From NCBI GenBank assembly GCA_003556225.1, contig PWRN01000027.1, positions 10,019-74,018 of the forward strand: 64,000 nt of DNA, in the 5' to 3' direction. Both the position numbers and the translations under genes were made by a program. The stretch is from Syntrophomonadaceae bacterium (GTDB lineage Bacteria > Bacillota > Dethiobacteria > DTU022 > UBA8154). Positions 37,634 to 46,522 of the stretch are shown here, piece after piece (the stretch's first letter is position 1; the number at the start of each line of letters is the position of its first letter). The notes under the pieces were generated by a model, which did no database searches, was not told where the DNA came from, and saw nothing but the letters and a program-made list of their open reading frames with translations.

Positions 37634-38518
37634 CTAACTCTGGTTTAACCAGATCGCTGCCTCAACGGTATTATAAAGCAGCATGGTGACGGTCATCGGG
37701 CCTACTCCCCCCGGTACCGGGGTAATATAAGAAGCTTTTTCCGCAACGGGTTCATAATCAACGTCTCCAGCCAGGCGGAAACCGCTCTTTTTCGATGAAT
37801 CTGGAACACGATTAACACCGACGTCAATCACCACGGTGCCTTCGTTTACCATATCTGCCGTGATCGCATTTGGACGCCCCATGGCAGCCACCAAAATATC
37901 CGCTTGCTTGGTATAATAGCTGATGTCCTTGGCCCCGGTATGAACCACGGTAACGACGGCATTGGCCCCTTCTGCTTTTTGCATTAAAATCGCGGCTAAA
38001 GGTTTTCCAACAATATTGCTGCGTCCACAAACAACGACGTGTTTCCCGGCGGGATCATTCCCGGAGCGGACCAGGAGCTGCTTTACGCCGTGGGGCGTGC
38101 AGGGTAGGGGACAGGGCTCTCCCCGCAGCAATTTGCCCAGGTTAACGGGATGAAAACCGTCTACATCTTTTTCCGGTGAAATATAACCGATGACGCGGTC
38201 AACGCTGATGTGGTCCGGTAGGGGAAGCTGGACAAGAATACCACTGATTTTCGGGTCCTTGTTCAGTCCATCAACGGTCTTCAATACCTCTTCTTCTGTC
38301 GCATCTGCCGGCAGTCGAATGGTCTCTTCATACAAGCCGATCTCTTCGCATCCCTTTGCTTTGCTGGTGACATACGAAACCGAAGCGGGATCTTCACCCA
38401 CAAGCACGACACCCAGTCCGGGAACAATACCCTTCTCCTTCAATTCAGCGACTTTTTGCTTTAACTCTCCCCTGATTTCTTCTGCGACCTGTTTTCCGGA
38501 AATAACTTTTGCTGCCAT
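37634..38518 (-). CDS. folD: bifunctional methylenetetrahydrofolate dehydrogenase/cyclohydrolase, canonical copy
   Basis: All FolD hallmarks are present: PASVSYVTSKAK, LVQLPLP, DVDGFHPVNLG, PCTPHG, GRSNIVGKPLAAIL, PVPGGVGPMTVTML. Confidence 0.85.
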   Translation of the reverse strand: MAAKVISGKQVAEEIRGELKQKVAELKEKGIVPGLGVVLVGEDPASVSYVTSKAKGCEEIGLYEETIRLPADATEEEVLKTVDGLNKDPKISGILVQLPLPDHISVDRVIGYISPEKDVDGFHPVNLGKLLRGEPCPLPCTPHGVKQLLVRSGNDPAGKHVVVCGRSNIVGKPLAAILMQKAEGANAVVTVVHTGAKDISYYTKQADILVAAMGRPNAITADMVNEGTVVIDVGVNRVPDSSKKSGFRLAGDVDYEPVAEKASYITPVPGGVGPMTVTMLLYNTVEAAIWLNQS

Positions 38519-38547
38519 TGTTCAACCTCCTTGATTTTATAATATCC

Positions 38548-41500
38548 TTATGCTTGAAGACCTTTTTCCTCAAAATACTGCACGAACCATTTTTCTACGC
38601 TATCCACCCATTTCTCCGCCTGGAATGCAGCCACGTGATTAAGGGGTAAGCTGAAGGCAATCTTGCCTTTCGCCTGCGCAAAATCCTGGACGGTACAAAT
38701 GGGTCGCCCCCCCGGCCAGAAATAGCCTTCATCCGCGGCATCCAGGGTTGTGCCTTTAAAGATGGGCGCCAGGGTGCGGATTTCTTCCCAAACATCTTCC
38801 AGGGATTTGATTTTTTGTTGATAGCCCATGTATTCCATCAGCTTGATGAGTATTTCCCAGTTTTCTCGGCCCGTCAGCGGCTTTATGGCCGGATTGATTT
38901 TTTGGATCAAGCGCTCGCTGTTGGTGTAACTTCCCGTGGTTTCTGCAAAAGAAGCGGCCGGAAGAACGACATCGGCTTTTTTTGCAATCTCCGTCAAAAA
39001 AAGATCCTGCACGACCAGCAGTTCAGCCTGGGCCAGTTTGTCGATCCAGGCGCTCTTAATATCTTCGCCGAAAACGAAAACACCTTTAATGGTCTTCTTT
39101 TCCAGCCCTTCCAGGACCTGCTGCGTGTTTTTCCCTGCTGCCGGGGGAACCTCTGTCTTCCACTTATCGGAGAACTTGCTGCGGATCTCGGGATCGTCCG
39201 CCTGCTGGTAACCGGTTAAATAACGGGTCGAAACACCCATATCCAGCATACCCTGGCTGTTGCACCGCTCCCGCAGGAAGATAATGCCGCGGCGAGGTTT
39301 ACCAACTTTTCCAAGCAGGGTCACAAAGCCGGCCAACAGCTGCGCCGCTTCCGGGGCCAGGTTATTGCTCCCCATGACCAGCATGGGAGTCTTCGCGGCG
39401 GCATAGCGCTCCACCAGGTCGGCAATATCTTGTTCTGTTATCCCGCTGCCGGAGAGCAGCTCATCCATGGATTGCTTACTCAGCCAGGCCTCCAGGGTGG
39501 CAAAATTCTCTGTGTACTCTTGCACGAAGGCCTGGTCTACCAACCCTTTTTCTTTTAAATAAAGGAGCAGGGCGGCAAACAGGGAAACCGAAGCCTGGTC
39601 CTCGGCCTTTAAAAATCGGGCGGCGTACTTCTTCAACTTCACGTCTCGATTGTCGACCACCCATAATGTTGCCCCTTTCTCCACCGCTTGCTTGATTTTC
39701 AAGGCGGCGATGGGATAGTCAGGAAAATCCGCGCCCACGGTCAGGATAAAGTCCGCCGTGCCAATTTCTTCGTACGAGTTGGTCGATGCGTCCCAACCGA
39801 ACATTTCTGCCAGGGGATTTACAGGTTCCGCTGTGCTGTTAATGTTGTTTGTTCCCAGGGTTGCCCGGGCAAACTTCTGGATGAGATAGCTTTCTTCATT
39901 ACTGTGCCTGGGGCTGGAAAAAACAGCCAGGCTTTCTCCTCCAAAACGGGCCTTCAGGGATTTAAACTTCTTGGTAATATGCACCAGCGCATCTTCCCAG
40001 GAGGTTTCCCTTAGTTGTCCGTTTTCACGGATCAGGGGCTTGCGAATCCGCTCCGGGCTGTTGACGTATTCGAAACCAAACCGACCTCGTTTACAGAGTA
40101 ACCCCTGGTTGACCGGGCCTTCCCCGGGCACAACCCGGGCCAGCGTATCCCCGATCGTTTCAATGTTAATGCTGCATCCCACCCCGCAATATCCACAGGT
40201 GGAAGCCGTATGCTTCAGTTCCCAGGGGGCCGGCTTGGTGAAAGGCATCCGCTCAACCAGGGCTCCCGTGGGACAAACCGCCACGCACTGCCCGCACGTG
40301 ACACAACTGGTTTCTTCCAGGGGGAGGTCCAGCGAGGGGCTAACATAGGCATCAAATCCCCGGTTCACCAGCCCCAATGCTTCGGCACCGATCACCTCTG
40401 CACAGGTTCGCACACAAAGGCCGCAGAGGATGCATTTATTGGGTTCACGGAAAATGAAGGGATGTTCTTCATTTTCGTAATCGTGTTTTTCACCCATGAT
40501 TCTCTCGGGATGGGCATCGTATTCCGTCGCATAAGATCTCAGCCTGCATTCAAAAACATCCAGGCAGCCACACTCCAGGCAGCGCTCCCCGTCCTTGGAA
40601 GCGCTCTCCGGCGTTAATCCTTTCTCCACTTCCCGGAAATTTTTCACGCGGACTTCCGCGGGGACCAGGGGCATCTTGACTTTTTCCACGGTCTCCAGGT
40701 CAGCAAAATCTTCCTCGGTAAGCCCTTCCTTGATAATATTATAGTGCGTCTTGTAGGGCATGACCTCTCCGTTTAAGTAATGATTGACAACCTCTGCCGC
40801 TCGTTTTCCGGCGGCAATGGCATCAATAGCAATGGCCGGGCCGGTCACAGCATCACCGCCAGCGAAAACCCCGGGCACGTTGGTCAAGAACGTATCTTCC
40901 TGAATATCGATGGTATTCCATTTATTGGTTCCCACATCATCTTTGATCTTGTCAATCACAACGTCCTGGCCGATGGCAGCGATAATCGTGTCCACTTCCA
41001 CGGTAAAAAAGGAATCGGGAATGGGAACGGGGCGGCGCCTTCCGGATTCGTCGGGTTCCCCGAGTTCCATTCTCTGGCAGACCACCCGCTGCGCCTGGCC
41101 CTCGCCCTCAATCTGCACGGGGTTGGCCAGCAGGTGCAGTTCAACGCCTTCTTCATCGGCTTCGATGACTTCAATTTCCTGTGCAGGCATTTGTTCCCGG
41201 GCCCTGCGGTAGATCACCATCACCTGGTCAGCGCCGAGACGCTTGGCAGTGCGGGCGGCGTCCATGGCCGTGTTCCCGCCGCCAATAACTGCAACCTTGC
41301 TCCCCAGGGTCACTTCTTCATTTAACATCACGGCCCTTAAGAACTCGGTGCCGCCCTGCACGCCCGGCATATCCTCGCCCGGCACACCCATCCTGCGGCT
41401 GTTTTGAGCTCCAATGGCCAGGTAGACTGCGTCGTAACCGTTCTTGAAAAGGTAGTCGATGGTGAAATCTTCTCCCAGCTGCAGCCCTGTCTTGGCCTCC

Positions 41501-42273
41501 ACGCCCAGGTCCAGCACCAGCTGGATTTCCGCGCCCAAGACAGCCTTGGGGAGCCTGTACTCTGGAATACCATAGCGCAGCATCCCTCCCAGCTCGGGCA
41601 GGGCTTCAAAAATGGTCACCTGGTGCCCGCTGCGCCTCAAGAAATACGCCGCAGTAATGCCGGCAGGCCCTGACCCGACCACGGCGACTTTCTTGCCCGT
41701 TTCAGGAGCCACGGCAGGCAGGTAGGGTTCTTCACTGGCCAGGTCCAGGTCCCCGATCAACCGCTTCATGTAGCGAATGGCCACGGGTCCTTCCTTCAAG
41801 TTGCGCCGGCAGTCTTCCTCGCAGGGAGCAGGGCAAACCCGACCGATAGAAGCCGGAATGGGCATGAACTCCTTGACCAGGATCAAGGCATCCCGGTACT
41901 GCTTGTTGGCGACCAGGGCGGCATATCCCTGGGCATCACAGTTGGCGGGACAGGCCATGACACATGGAGCCCGACAGTCCCCGCTGTGATCAGAGAGAAT
42001 AAGTTCCAAGGCCAGCTTGCGGGCCTTGCGAATTTTTTCATTTTCCGTTTGAACCACCATGCCATCTGTTACTTTTGTTGCACAGGCTCTCAGCAACCTG
42101 GGCATCCCTTCGATCTCTACCAGGCACAGGCCGCAAGAAGCATAGACATCCGTATTGCCACTGAAACATAGCGTCGGAATATGAATACCGTGTTCCGTCG
42201 CGATATCCAATACGGTTTGGTCCGAAAGGCCGGCAAGTTCACGGCCATTGATATTTAGTCTGACTTGACTCAT
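38548..42273 (-). CDS. 1241-aa multidomain Fe-S flavoprotein: 2Fe-2S ferredoxin N-terminus, GltD/NfnB/SfrB-like NAD(P)H-FAD oxidoreductase, two [4Fe-4S] ferredoxin motifs, and a formate-dehydrogenase/NuoG-like molybdopterin-fold domain lacking the catalytic Cys/Sec
   Basis: NuoG/HndD-type N-terminus (NINGRE...HIPTLCF...CGLC). Dinucleotide folds VAVVGSGPAGITAAYFL and VAVIGGGNTAMDAA. CLECGC/CILCGLCVRTC/CVTCGQCVAVCPTG clusters. Fdh-type CGYCGVGCS...LCKRGRF motif. Where FdhF carries CARVCHGPS (Sec/Cys-His), this protein has STAEPVNPLAEM, and the C-terminal MopB_CT portion is short. Confidence 0.7.
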   Translation of the reverse strand: MSQVRLNINGRELAGLSDQTVLDIATEHGIHIPTLCFSGNTDVYASCGLCLVEIEGMPRLLRACATKVTDGMVVQTENEKIRKARKLALELILSDHSGDCRAPCVMACPANCDAQGYAALVANKQYRDALILVKEFMPIPASIGRVCPAPCEEDCRRNLKEGPVAIRYMKRLIGDLDLASEEPYLPAVAPETGKKVAVVGSGPAGITAAYFLRRSGHQVTIFEALPELGGMLRYGIPEYRLPKAVLGAEIQLVLDLGVEAKTGLQLGEDFTIDYLFKNGYDAVYLAIGAQNSRRMGVPGEDMPGVQGGTEFLRAVMLNEEVTLGSKVAVIGGGNTAMDAARTAKRLGADQVMVIYRRAREQMPAQEIEVIEADEEGVELHLLANPVQIEGEGQAQRVVCQRMELGEPDESGRRRPVPIPDSFFTVEVDTIIAAIGQDVVIDKIKDDVGTNKWNTIDIQEDTFLTNVPGVFAGGDAVTGPAIAIDAIAAGKRAAEVVNHYLNGEVMPYKTHYNIIKEGLTEEDFADLETVEKVKMPLVPAEVRVKNFREVEKGLTPESASKDGERCLECGCLDVFECRLRSYATEYDAHPERIMGEKHDYENEEHPFIFREPNKCILCGLCVRTCAEVIGAEALGLVNRGFDAYVSPSLDLPLEETSCVTCGQCVAVCPTGALVERMPFTKPAPWELKHTASTCGYCGVGCSINIETIGDTLARVVPGEGPVNQGLLCKRGRFGFEYVNSPERIRKPLIRENGQLRETSWEDALVHITKKFKSLKARFGGESLAVFSSPRHSNEESYLIQKFARATLGTNNINSTAEPVNPLAEMFGWDASTNSYEEIGTADFILTVGADFPDYPIAALKIKQAVEKGATLWVVDNRDVKLKKYAARFLKAEDQASVSLFAALLLYLKEKGLVDQAFVQEYTENFATLEAWLSKQSMDELLSGSGITEQDIADLVERYAAAKTPMLVMGSNNLAPEAAQLLAGFVTLLGKVGKPRRGIIFLRERCNSQGMLDMGVSTRYLTGYQQADDPEIRSKFSDKWKTEVPPAAGKNTQQVLEGLEKKTIKGVFVFGEDIKSAWIDKLAQAELLVVQDLFLTEIAKKADVVLPAASFAETTGSYTNSERLIQKINPAIKPLTGRENWEILIKLMEYMGYQQKIKSLEDVWEEIRTLAPIFKGTTLDAADEGYFWPGGRPICTVQDFAQAKGKIAFSLPLNHVAAFQAEKWVDSVEKWFVQYFEEKGLQA

Positions 42274-42331
42274 GCGCTTAACTCCACCCCTTTACTGTTA
42301 AATATGAACATGGTTTTGAGCACTTTTTTTA

Positions 42332-44110
42332 TTATTCCACGATTACCGAGTCAAAATTACAGGCATCGAAGCAGTTCCCGCACTTTATGCACTTTTCCTG
42401 TTCGATCACGTGCACTTCCTTCTTCTCACCCGTAATCGCTTCCGTGGGACAGCGCTTCACACAGCGCGTACAGCCGGTGCAGAGTTCCGGGTCAATGGTA
42501 TAGGTGAGCAGTTCGCGGCAAACCTTGGCCGGACACCGTTTATCCATGATATGGGCTTCGTATTCATCCCGGAAATAAAGCAGCGTCGATAAGACAGGAT
42601 TTGGTCCGGTTTGACCCAATCCACAAAGGGCCCCTTCCTTGACGTTCAAGGCAATTTCTTCCAGCAGCTCCAGTTCTTCGGGCTGAGATTTGCCCTCGGT
42701 GATCCTGTTTAAGATTTCCAGCATCCGTTTCGTTCCCAGGCGGCAGTGGACACATTTTCCGCAGGATTCGTTCTGGACAAAATTCAAGAAGAAACGGGCC
42801 ATATCCACCATGCAGGTCGTTTCGTCCATCACGATCATCCCACCGGAACCCATGATCGCTCCCGTTTTCACCAGGGATTCGTAGTCAACGGAAGTATCCA
42901 GCAAACTCTCTGGAACACACCCACCCGAGGGGCCACCCAGCTGGACGCCTTTGAATTTCTTATCGTCCCTGATGCCTCCGCCTACTCCAAAGATGACGTC
43001 CCGCAAGGAGATACCCATGGGAACTTCGATCAAGCCCCCCCGCTTCATCTTACCGGCCAGGGCAAACACCTTTGTTCCCTTGCTTTTTTCCGTTCCAAAG
43101 GCAGCGAATTTTTCTGCGCCGTTGTAGATGATCCAGGGCACGTTGGCAAAGGTTTCCACGTTGTTGATGCAAGTGGGTTTCTGCCATAATCCCTTCTCCG
43201 CCGGGAAGGGGGGTTTTAAGCGCGGCATCCCGCGCTCTCCTTCCAGGGAGGCGATCAGTGCGGTTTCTTCACCGCATACAAAGGCTCCCGCCCCTTTCTT
43301 GATCTTCATGTGAAACGAAAAGTCTGTCCCGAGAATGTTGTCTCCCAGCAAGCCGGCTTCCTTTGCGTCTTTCATCGCGATTTCCAGGCGGGTAATGGCC
43401 AGGGGATATTCGGCCCGAACATAAACATGACCTTCATTTGAACCGACAGCATAGGCAGCCAGTAGCATTCCTTCCACGATGGCGTGCGGATCACCCTCAA
43501 TGATACTACGGTCCATGAAGGCCCCGGGGTCTCCTTCATCGGCGTTGCAGACAATGTACTTTTTATCTCCCGGGTTTTGCCGGGTAAAGCGCCATTTTAA
43601 ACCAGTGGGAAAACCGGCTCCGCCCCGCCCCCGCAGGCCGGATTTTAGAACTTCTTCGATCACATCTTCGGGGGTCATTTCTTTCAATGCTTTTTCCAGG
43701 GCCTTGTACCCGTCGCGTTCCCTGTATTCTTCCAGGGATTCCGGGTTGATGATGCCGCAATTGCGCAGGGAAATGCGGTTTTGGGTCCCCACAACCCCCT
43801 CCCTTTCCTCGTTCATGAGCAGGTCAGCCACGGGTTGACCCTGAACCAGGTGCTCATTCACGATGCGGGCGGCATTTTCTTCTGTGACGTCACCGTAAGA
43901 AAAAAGCTTGCCATCGGGCGTGATCACATCCACGATGGGTTCGCGGTAGCACATCCCGACACAGCCGGTTTTTTCCAGGGATACATCGATGTCAGCTTTT
44001 TCCAGCTCTTTTTCCAGCACATCGTACGTCTTGTACCCACCGGCGGCAATCCCGCAGGTACTGAGTCCTACTTTGACTAAAGTTTTATCGTGATCGTGCA
44101 ATACAGACAC
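42332..44110 (-). CDS. NuoF/HndC/HydB-like NADH-binding FMN flavoprotein subunit with an N-terminal thioredoxin-like [2Fe-2S] region and C-terminal 2x[4Fe-4S]
   Basis: GRGGAGFPTGLKW (FMN/NADH site), the cluster-N3 motif ESCGKCVHCRLG, and C-terminal CTGCTRCVKRCP...CIKCGNCFDAC ferredoxin motifs. 592 aa. Confidence 0.8.
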   Translation of the reverse strand: MSVLHDHDKTLVKVGLSTCGIAAGGYKTYDVLEKELEKADIDVSLEKTGCVGMCYREPIVDVITPDGKLFSYGDVTEENAARIVNEHLVQGQPVADLLMNEEREGVVGTQNRISLRNCGIINPESLEEYRERDGYKALEKALKEMTPEDVIEEVLKSGLRGRGGAGFPTGLKWRFTRQNPGDKKYIVCNADEGDPGAFMDRSIIEGDPHAIVEGMLLAAYAVGSNEGHVYVRAEYPLAITRLEIAMKDAKEAGLLGDNILGTDFSFHMKIKKGAGAFVCGEETALIASLEGERGMPRLKPPFPAEKGLWQKPTCINNVETFANVPWIIYNGAEKFAAFGTEKSKGTKVFALAGKMKRGGLIEVPMGISLRDVIFGVGGGIRDDKKFKGVQLGGPSGGCVPESLLDTSVDYESLVKTGAIMGSGGMIVMDETTCMVDMARFFLNFVQNESCGKCVHCRLGTKRMLEILNRITEGKSQPEELELLEEIALNVKEGALCGLGQTGPNPVLSTLLYFRDEYEAHIMDKRCPAKVCRELLTYTIDPELCTGCTRCVKRCPTEAITGEKKEVHVIEQEKCIKCGNCFDACNFDSVIVE

Positions 44111-44133
44111 CTCCCAGGTCCCTTTGCTTTGGA

Positions 44134-44652
44134 TTATTCATTTTCATTTTGCTCATCTGTTTTTCCTCGAAAATCCTTCAATATCTTACGGGTCGACTTT
44201 GGTGTTAACATCGCATAGGTTTCACCATCAATTAACATCACCGGGGAAAGACTGCAGCAGCCAATACAGGCGACTTCTTCATAAGTAAACAATCCATCAC
44301 CGGTTGTTTCCCCGCCTTTAATACCCAGCTCATCCGTGATCGTATTACCCACCAGCTTTGCGCCGTTAACATGGCAGGCCGTGCCAACGCATAGCATGAT
44401 GGTGTGCTTCCCCTTGGGCTGCAGGCGAAACTGGGCATAAAAAGTGGCGATGCCGTAAATTTTTGCGGGTGACACCCCCAGCTGATCACCGAGATACCCG
44501 ATGCCTTCTTTAGGAACGTAATCAAGTGCTTCCTGGATGTCCTGGAGGATCGGAATGATCGCACTGGGATCGCCCTTGTACGTATCCAGGACGCGGTCAA
44601 TCGTTTCATAAGGTATGGCTTCGGACTCCAGGGATTTCTCTGTTGCGGCCAT
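44134..44652 (-). CDS. NuoE/HndA/HydC-like thioredoxin-fold [2Fe-2S] subunit
   Basis: CVGTACHVNGA...CIGCCSLSPVM cysteine pattern of NuoE-type 2Fe-2S proteins. About 170 aa. Confidence 0.8.
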   Translation of the reverse strand: MAATEKSLESEAIPYETIDRVLDTYKGDPSAIIPILQDIQEALDYVPKEGIGYLGDQLGVSPAKIYGIATFYAQFRLQPKGKHTIMLCVGTACHVNGAKLVGNTITDELGIKGGETTGDGLFTYEEVACIGCCSLSPVMLIDGETYAMLTPKSTRKILKDFRGKTDEQNENE

Positions 44653-44869
44653 AAAAACAACTCCTTTTCTAATATAGTTCAAAAAGATTGACGCATTGTT
44701 TCAAGTAAAATGCAAAAAAAGAACAAGCAGCGTGAAACCTGGACGAAACAACAGTACTGCTAATTGATCCTTCGAGATGGTAAAAATATTTTTAAATTTA
44801 TAATTTAAAATTTCGTCGCCAAGCGGAAATATCCTCTCTCCCCCTAAAATTCGCAATATTCTTTCTTGA

Positions 44870-45823
44870 TTATGCTGTGCTCAGCAGTTGTACTGCCAGC
44901 AGCGCCGGACCGACAGCGCTGTCCCCGGCAAAACGCGGTGAAGGAAAATAGAACGAGAGCGAGGGAAGGCCTTCCATCAATCTCCTGCGAATAAAGGCGT
45001 TGGAGGCAACTCCCCCCACCACCAGGACCTCCTGGAGCGCTTTGTCATCGGCGGCCCTCCGCAGCACTTCGATCAAGCTGTGGGCGATGGCAACTTCGAC
45101 TCCCCGGGCAGCCTCAGCAGCCGGAGCGCCGCCTTCCAGAGCCCTTTCCACAAAGGTAGCGGGCCCTGAAAAGCTAATGTCATATCCTTTGACAGAAACG
45201 GGGACTTTTAAACCACCCTGGGTATTCCCGGCCGCCAGCTTCTCCAGCTCTCTACCCGCTGGAAAAGAAAGACCGAGCTTCACGCCCACTCGATCAATAA
45301 ACTGCCCCGCATTCAAATCATTGGTGCCGCCCAGCAGATGAATATCCATGCCGCGCCGCGGGTTCCTCACAGCTTCGACCAGTTCCGTCGTCCCGCCGGA
45401 AAGGTGCAGGGATAAAAAATGGTTCGAAGGGCATTTGGAGTTCCAGAAACCTGTCTCAATATGTCCTTCCTGGTGACTGAAGCCATAAAACGGAACTTGC
45501 AAAAAAGAGGCCAGACAGCGACCGTAACTTTCACCCACCTGGAAAACCGGCATGTAAGAACCTTCCAGGGGGCGAGGCTTCACAGAGGCGGCAATGCAGC
45601 GGATGGAAACACCCTGGAGCTTCGAAAAAATGTCTTCCCAGATTTCAGGCATGTTTTTGATATGCTGAAACACCGCCTCGGATTGCCGTAAGCCCTTTCC
45701 CCCCTTGATCACCTCTAGCGTGATCCTCTTTTCCTGGACCAGCACCGCTTCCTGGTCGGGTTCTTTCTGCAGCACGGCCAGGGATGTAACATAATTCGAG
45801 GTATCAATGCCAAGGATGTACAT
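44870..45823 (-). CDS. Kae1/TsaD (glycoprotease, peptidase M22) family protein, divergent paralogue
   Basis: LGIDTS N-terminus, HQEGH metal motif, and VVGGVASNAFIRRRL matching the GGVAANxxLR motif of TsaD. Short at 317 aa. Confidence 0.5.
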   Translation of the reverse strand: MYILGIDTSNYVTSLAVLQKEPDQEAVLVQEKRITLEVIKGGKGLRQSEAVFQHIKNMPEIWEDIFSKLQGVSIRCIAASVKPRPLEGSYMPVFQVGESYGRCLASFLQVPFYGFSHQEGHIETGFWNSKCPSNHFLSLHLSGGTTELVEAVRNPRRGMDIHLLGGTNDLNAGQFIDRVGVKLGLSFPAGRELEKLAAGNTQGGLKVPVSVKGYDISFSGPATFVERALEGGAPAAEAARGVEVAIAHSLIEVLRRAADDKALQEVLVVGGVASNAFIRRRLMEGLPSLSFYFPSPRFAGDSAVGPALLAVQLLSTA

Positions 45824-45824
45824 G

Positions 45825-46235
45825 CTAAAATTCTCCTTTTAGGTGTTTCCTGATCCTGTCGAGAACACCATTGACAAAACGACTCGCTTCTTCATCCTGG
45901 TAGATTTTGGCCAGTTCGATGGCTTCGTTAATGGATACCTTTTCCGGAATTTCCTCAACATACATGATCTCATAAATTCCGATGCGCAGGATATTGCGCA
46001 CCACGGGTGAGAGTCGATCCAGTTTCCAGTTGATTAAATGTTCCTTCAATATGCGGTCCAGTTCACCGCGGTGTTGTAAAATTCCCTGGAAAGAAGAACG
46101 AAAGTAGGCCGTTTCCTGGGCTCGTTCAGCTATTCCCTGCAGAAAATAGTTCTCCACGTCTTCCGGTTCATTTTCTCCAATCTCAATCATAAAGAGCGCT
46201 TTAAATAAATTTTCCCTGGCCCTCCTCCGCTTCAA
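45825..46235 (-). CDS. nusB: transcription antitermination factor NusB
   Basis: 136 aa with MKRRRARENLFKALF and the NusB helical pattern. Lies downstream of asp23/amaP/DUF2273 as in Bacillus yqhY-yqhZ. Confidence 0.85.
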   Translation of the reverse strand: MKRRRARENLFKALFMIEIGENEPEDVENYFLQGIAERAQETAYFRSSFQGILQHRGELDRILKEHLINWKLDRLSPVVRNILRIGIYEIMYVEEIPEKVSINEAIELAKIYQDEEASRFVNGVLDRIRKHLKGEF

Positions 46236-46282
46236 CGCATGAACTCCCTTCTCAACACAAAAAAATCCCCCTGGCGGCAGTC

Positions 46283-46507
46283 TTAATAGGGATCTCTCCT
46301 GTTCCAGAATCTATACACCAATCGCTGTAAGCTTTCCTGCTTCTCAATCCTGGCTCCCAGGTATACACCCACCAGCACGCAGAGAATGATAAAGATCCCT
46401 GTCCAAAAACCAAACAGGGCGATGGTCAGGGCGACGATCAGGCCGATCAAGCCTCCCAGAACTTTCCCCCAATTTTCAGAAACAAAATGATAAAGGCTCT
46501 CTTTCAA
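46283..46507 (-). CDS. small integral membrane protein (DUF2273-like)
   Basis: 74 aa with two TM helices. It is the usual small gene between asp23/amaP and nusB. Confidence 0.55.
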   Translation of the reverse strand: MKESLYHFVSENWGKVLGGLIGLIVALTIALFGFWTGIFIILCVLVGVYLGARIEKQESLQRLVYRFWNRRDPY

Positions 46508-46522
46508 TGCGGTTTCACACCT

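Noticed and set aside
38815-41325. Plus-strand ORFs (134-181 aa) inside the 1241-aa fusion gene
   Set aside because: They are antisense to a continuous multidomain ORF whose domains are all recognisable.
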